Source: an uncultured Acidobacteriota bacterium
GTDB taxonomy: Bacteria > Acidobacteriota > Thermoanaerobaculia > Multivoradales > UBA5704
Assembly: GCA_963700145.1 (NCBI GenBank)
Contig: OY969474.1
Location: 2,528,001-2,592,000, forward strand
Length of the DNA: 64,000 nucleotides
Direction of reading: 5' to 3'
Positions 60,632 to 64,000 of this stretch are shown one piece after another (positions within the stretch are counted from its first letter, which is position 1; each line of letters begins with the position of its first letter). A program made the position numbers and the translations under genes. The notes under the pieces were generated by a model. The model saw only the letters and a program-made list of their open reading frames with translations. It searched no databases and was not told the DNA's origin.

Positions 60632-62662
60632 TCAGGGGGTGACGACCAACACCCAGTCGCGCTCGCCTCGATAGGGGTTGCCGGCATCGACGCAGTAGCA
60701 CGGGTCGCTCGTCGGCTCGCCGCTGCAAGCGATCAACGGATCCGGATTGGCGACCGGCGGACACGCCGGCGGCGCCGACGGACGGTTGTAGCTCACGAAT
60801 GCCGGGTTCGCCGGATCGGGCACGGCGACGGCGGTGGTCAAGGCGCCGGTCCGCGGGTTGAGCCACAGGCCGTTGACGCGCAGGTTGGGGAAGTTCGTGA
60901 GATTGATCTTGATCGCCGGGTTGTCGGGCAGGTAGCCGATCATGGAGCTGCCGTCCGTGGCCCGTCCGAGGACCAGCCGCTTCTCCTCCTGCGCCGGCTG
61001 CGGTGTCAGGATCTGCACCAGCCGCGGGATGTAGAGCTGCCACTTCACCTTGGGCACGGTGACGCCGCGGAAGAGATTGCTGAGATAGGACATGTGCCGC
61101 CCCGAGCGGCGGCTCCAGCCGACCGAAGGGGCGGTGCCGAAACGGCCCCAGTCGGTGACGCCGCCCGAGCCGTAGGTATAGCCGGTGCCACCCGAGAGCA
61201 GCGAGAACCAGCCGGTACGGCGGGCGTTGTAGGCCGTGTAGTTGACGGCGCCGAGCTTGGGATCGCTATTGACGGCGCCGTCGTAGATCGACTCGCCGTT
61301 GAAGCCGCCCTTGGTCGCCGAGACCGCCGGCGGCGCGGGCTCCGGAACCTCCAGGCAGGTGCGCGAGCCGCAGGTCCGGTCGAAGACGCACTGGGCCAGC
61401 TGCTGGGCGCGGCAGGAGAGGGTCGTGAGCTGCTGCTGCTGGCACACCGCGGCGCTGTCGGCGCCGCCGCAGACGTAGGCCGCCTGGCCGCTCTGGAAGA
61501 GCTGGAGGTCGAGCCAGGTGTCGTTTTGCAGGCTGAGGATCTCGTTGCCCGGCGTGCGGCTCGCCCAGTGGGTGGTGACCAAGGCGTCGGGCACGGCGGC
61601 GGTGACCGCGGCGCCCACCTGCCTGATGCGGTCGAGCACCGGCGTGGCGCCGGTTGCACCGCACTGGTTGGAGCCGCTCCAGCGGTCGAAGGCGGGCGAG
61701 AGGATCACGTGGCTGCCGGCGAAGCGGGCCGCTACGGTCCGCGCGTAGGTGAGCGAGTCGGCCAGCGCCGGCGGGCACCAGGTGCCGTTGGCGTTCCTCT
61801 CGATCGTGCCCTCCATGAGACCCACGAGGAGCACGGCGAAGCCGCGGTCGTTGGCGTCGAAGATCCGCTGCTCGAACGCGCTCCAGAAGGCCGGGTTCCA
61901 GCAAGAGTCGTTGCGCGGCACCGGATTCGTCGTCTGCGCGGTGCCGGAGGTGCAGCTCGTGTTGAAGGGGGCCTGGGTGCCGATCCTGGGCTGCTCCCCC
62001 GCGGCGACCACCTGCATCCAATCGACCGGCAGCGCCACCTGGATGAGCGAGAAGCCCCAGCTCGTCCGGTTGGTCAGATAGTTGGACCAGGCGCTCGGCG
62101 AGTTGGCGGCGCGCAGCGGACCCGCCCAGGCGGTGTCTCCCAGCCAGTAAAAAGGCTGCTCGGCGCCGCTGCCGTCGAGCGCCTTGTGCTTGAGGTACCG
62201 GCCGGTCGCGGCAACCTCGAGCGAGCCTTTGAGGTAGAGAGCGCTCGTCTCGCCGGGTGCCGGGGCGGAGACGGTCACGGTGCCCGATGTCGCGAGCCCG
62301 GAGCCGCAGAGGCTGCCCGGGTCACAGGTGCTGGTCCAGTTCCAGGTGCCGGTGGCCGGAAAAAGCATGCGGAAGGTGAATGTGTTTCCGCCGTCCCAAT
62401 AGGCGTAGGTCAAGCGGTCGCTCTGCCCGGTCTTGGTGAACCGCACCCGCAGCCGGACGTCGCGGTAGGGGTTGGTGAAGCCTTGCGTACTGGTGAGGGT
62501 CTTTTGCCAGCACTTCCAGAGGTAGACAGTGTCCGGTGGGGTCGTCGGGTCGCTGGGATTGATCTTGTTGGTGCAGGCCGCTTCGGCCACGCCGGTGGCG
62601 AACGTTCCCAGGAAGACGACGATGGCCGCCCAACGAAGGCATGAGGCACAGGGTTTTGGCAT
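60632..62662 (-). CDS. Secreted DUF5060/DUF4038 (apiosidase-like) putative glycoside hydrolase
   Basis: AGGAG RBS at MPKP; NPY.DV, YWDGG.TF.FR, PFYWLGDTAW, QSG, NGESIYD, GYTYG, WLNPRTG. Confidence 0.8.
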   Translation of the reverse strand: MPKPCASCLRWAAIVVFLGTFATGVAEAACTNKINPSDPTTPPDTVYLWKCWQKTLTSTQGFTNPYRDVRLRVRFTKTGQSDRLTYAYWDGGNTFTFRMLFPATGTWNWTSTCDPGSLCGSGLATSGTVTVSAPAPGETSALYLKGSLEVAATGRYLKHKALDGSGAEQPFYWLGDTAWAGPLRAANSPSAWSNYLTNRTSWGFSLIQVALPVDWMQVVAAGEQPRIGTQAPFNTSCTSGTAQTTNPVPRNDSCWNPAFWSAFEQRIFDANDRGFAVLLVGLMEGTIERNANGTWCPPALADSLTYARTVAARFAGSHVILSPAFDRWSGSNQCGATGATPVLDRIRQVGAAVTAAVPDALVTTHWASRTPGNEILSLQNDTWLDLQLFQSGQAAYVCGGADSAAVCQQQQLTTLSCRAQQLAQCVFDRTCGSRTCLEVPEPAPPAVSATKGGFNGESIYDGAVNSDPKLGAVNYTAYNARRTGWFSLLSGGTGYTYGSGGVTDWGRFGTAPSVGWSRRSGRHMSYLSNLFRGVTVPKVKWQLYIPRLVQILTPQPAQEEKRLVLGRATDGSSMIGYLPDNPAIKINLTNFPNLRVNGLWLNPRTGALTTAVAVPDPANPAFVSYNRPSAPPACPPVANPDPLIACSGEPTSDPCYCVDAGNPYRGERDWVLVVTP

Positions 62663-62865
62663 GGAGCTCCTCCGGTCCGGGTCTCGGAGAGCACGGCGAG
62701 GCTGCCGCGCGCTCGTCATCCCAAGTTGAAGTGGCTCCGTCCGAGGAACTACAGAACAATGGAAGGGTGGCGGCAAGCAACACCGCCAGATGTTCATACG
62801 GACGACCAGCGTCGAGCGTTGGGGCTGTGTTAGGCGCCGGCCGCTCGGCGGCGGCGCGGACGGCC

Positions 62866-63333
62866 TTAGTCGCCGATCGCCGCACCCGTGCCGGCGATCT
62901 CGACGACCTGGAAAGGACCGTCGCCGATCGCCGTCTCGTCGAAGGCCGTCCCCGTCTCCTCGGCGAGGTGCTTGCGCCACGCCACGTAGCGCTCGCGGCT
63001 GAGCGTCTCGAGCCGCACCGTCCCCTGCGCCACCGCCTTCTGCCCCACGGCGTCGGCTGGGAAGACGATGACCCCGTCCTCCACCTTGATCCGGATCCGC
63101 CGCTTCGCCTCGTCCTCCAGCTCCATCCAACACCCCGCCATCGCGCACACCCCCGAGACCTTCCCTTCCACCCGCACCACGCGGCCGGCGTGCTCGGCCG
63201 GGGAATCGAGGAGGGCGGCAATCGGCGTCGGCTTCTCCACCGTCACCGCCGCGCCGTAGGCGGCGGGCCCGGCGGCGGAGAGGGGGGCGGCAGCGAGGGC
63301 AAGGGCGAGCACAAGCGTGGCGATCCTGGGCAT
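62866..63333 (-). CDS. DUF4920-like OB-fold secreted protein
   Basis: Signal peptide; VEGKVSGVCAMAGCWMEL. Confidence 0.8.
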   Translation of the reverse strand: MPRIATLVLALALAAAPLSAAGPAAYGAAVTVEKPTPIAALLDSPAEHAGRVVRVEGKVSGVCAMAGCWMELEDEAKRRIRIKVEDGVIVFPADAVGQKAVAQGTVRLETLSRERYVAWRKHLAEETGTAFDETAIGDGPFQVVEIAGTGAAIGD

Positions 63334-63401
63334 CGTGGTCTCCGGTAGAGAGCGAGAGGATATCCGTTGCAGAGGTATCCTACCCGAAGTAAGATTTGCG
63401 C

Positions 63402-63653
63402 ATGGCGACCGAGAAAGTCTCGCTGACGTTGGAGGAAGAGCTCGTGGCGGAAGCCCGCGAGGTGGGTGGCGCGCGCGGCCTGTCGGGTTATGTGAACCGG
63501 GCGCTGCGTCACCAGTTGCAGCGCGATCGCATCACCGGCTTCCTCGCGGAGCTCGAGCAGGAGAACGGCCCAATCCAACCGCAGATCATGGAGGAGGTTC
63601 GCCGAGCATGGCCCGCCCGCGGCGCCAAGGGAACCGCCCGCCGCAGCGGCTGA
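63402..63653 (+). CDS. RHH-type antitoxin
   Basis: KVSLTLEEEL...LSGYVNRALR; overlaps the PIN gene. Confidence 0.8.
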   Translation: MATEKVSLTLEEELVAEAREVGGARGLSGYVNRALRHQLQRDRITGFLAELEQENGPIQPQIMEEVRRAWPARGAKGTARRSG

Positions 63654-64000
63654 TCCTCGACTCCGGAGCGGTCATCGCGCTCGCGCGAGGTGACGCCAGA
63701 GCGCGGGCCTACCTGGCGCGAGCCCTGGAGCTGGAAGCGACGGTCGAGATCCCGGTGGTCGTCGTCGCCGAGACGATCCGCGGCGGGCCGCGCGACGCGC
63801 CGGTTCACCGAGTTCTCAAGACCGTGGGCTCGGTACCCTCAGCGCGAGAGGAGCACGGACGAACGGCGGGAGGGCTCCTCGGAGCGTACCGCTCGACCGC
63901 AACCGTGGATGCACTGGTCGTCGCTCAAGCCGTCGAGGCGGGAGGAGCGCACATCCTGACCGGAGATCGCAAAGACTTGGAACGCCTCGCCAGCCGGCAT
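63608..64000 (+). CDS. vapC: VapC PIN toxin (3' end outside the window)
   Basis: LILDSGAVIA, VVVAE, VDALVV, LTGD; not in the ORF track. Confidence 0.85.
   Translation, partial: MARPRRQGNRPPQRLILDSGAVIALARGDARARAYLARALELEATVEIPVVVVAETIRGGPRDAPVHRVLKTVGSVPSAREEHGRTAGGLLGAYRSTATVDALVVAQAVEAGGAHILTGDRKDLERLASRH

Noticed and set aside
62790-62865. attC-like GCCTAAC after the DUF4920 gene
   Set aside because: No matching GTTRRRY end or paired arms found

Overview
High-GC bacterial window. The gene content suggests Acidobacteriota, probably class Thermoanaerobaculia (inference). 1-19 kb: a two-component pair, heme O/A and SCO maturation genes, a SWIM-SNF2 ATPase, and a b6-type Rieske/cytochrome b operon with a coiled-coil octaheme cytochrome c and a cupredoxin-like lipoprotein. 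19-28 kb: two ELWxxDGT proteins that share a doubled, unassigned C-terminal module. 28-35 kb: two PIN toxin-antitoxin pairs, ABC-F, M48 protease and ilvA. 34.8-43.5 kb is a layered accessory hotspot. It holds a low-GC NYN/DUF429/TIR islet bounded by a 37-bp duplication of the ilvA 3' end and a broken hicBA. It also holds a 21-bp palindromic tandem array interrupted by a 3.8-kb IS1-family cargo transposon (TIRs plus 8-bp TSD), and two copies of a sigma54 promoter module that probably drives a ~60-nt sRNA. 43.5-64 kb: hydrolases, two Ser/Thr kinase-TPR plus lipoprotein pairs, and a GAF-bEBP / sigma54 / unannotated 52-aa peptide / RsbW-STAS-PP2C module. Several 1-3 nt lesions could be real decay or assembly error. 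No rRNA, tRNA or CRISPR array was seen.
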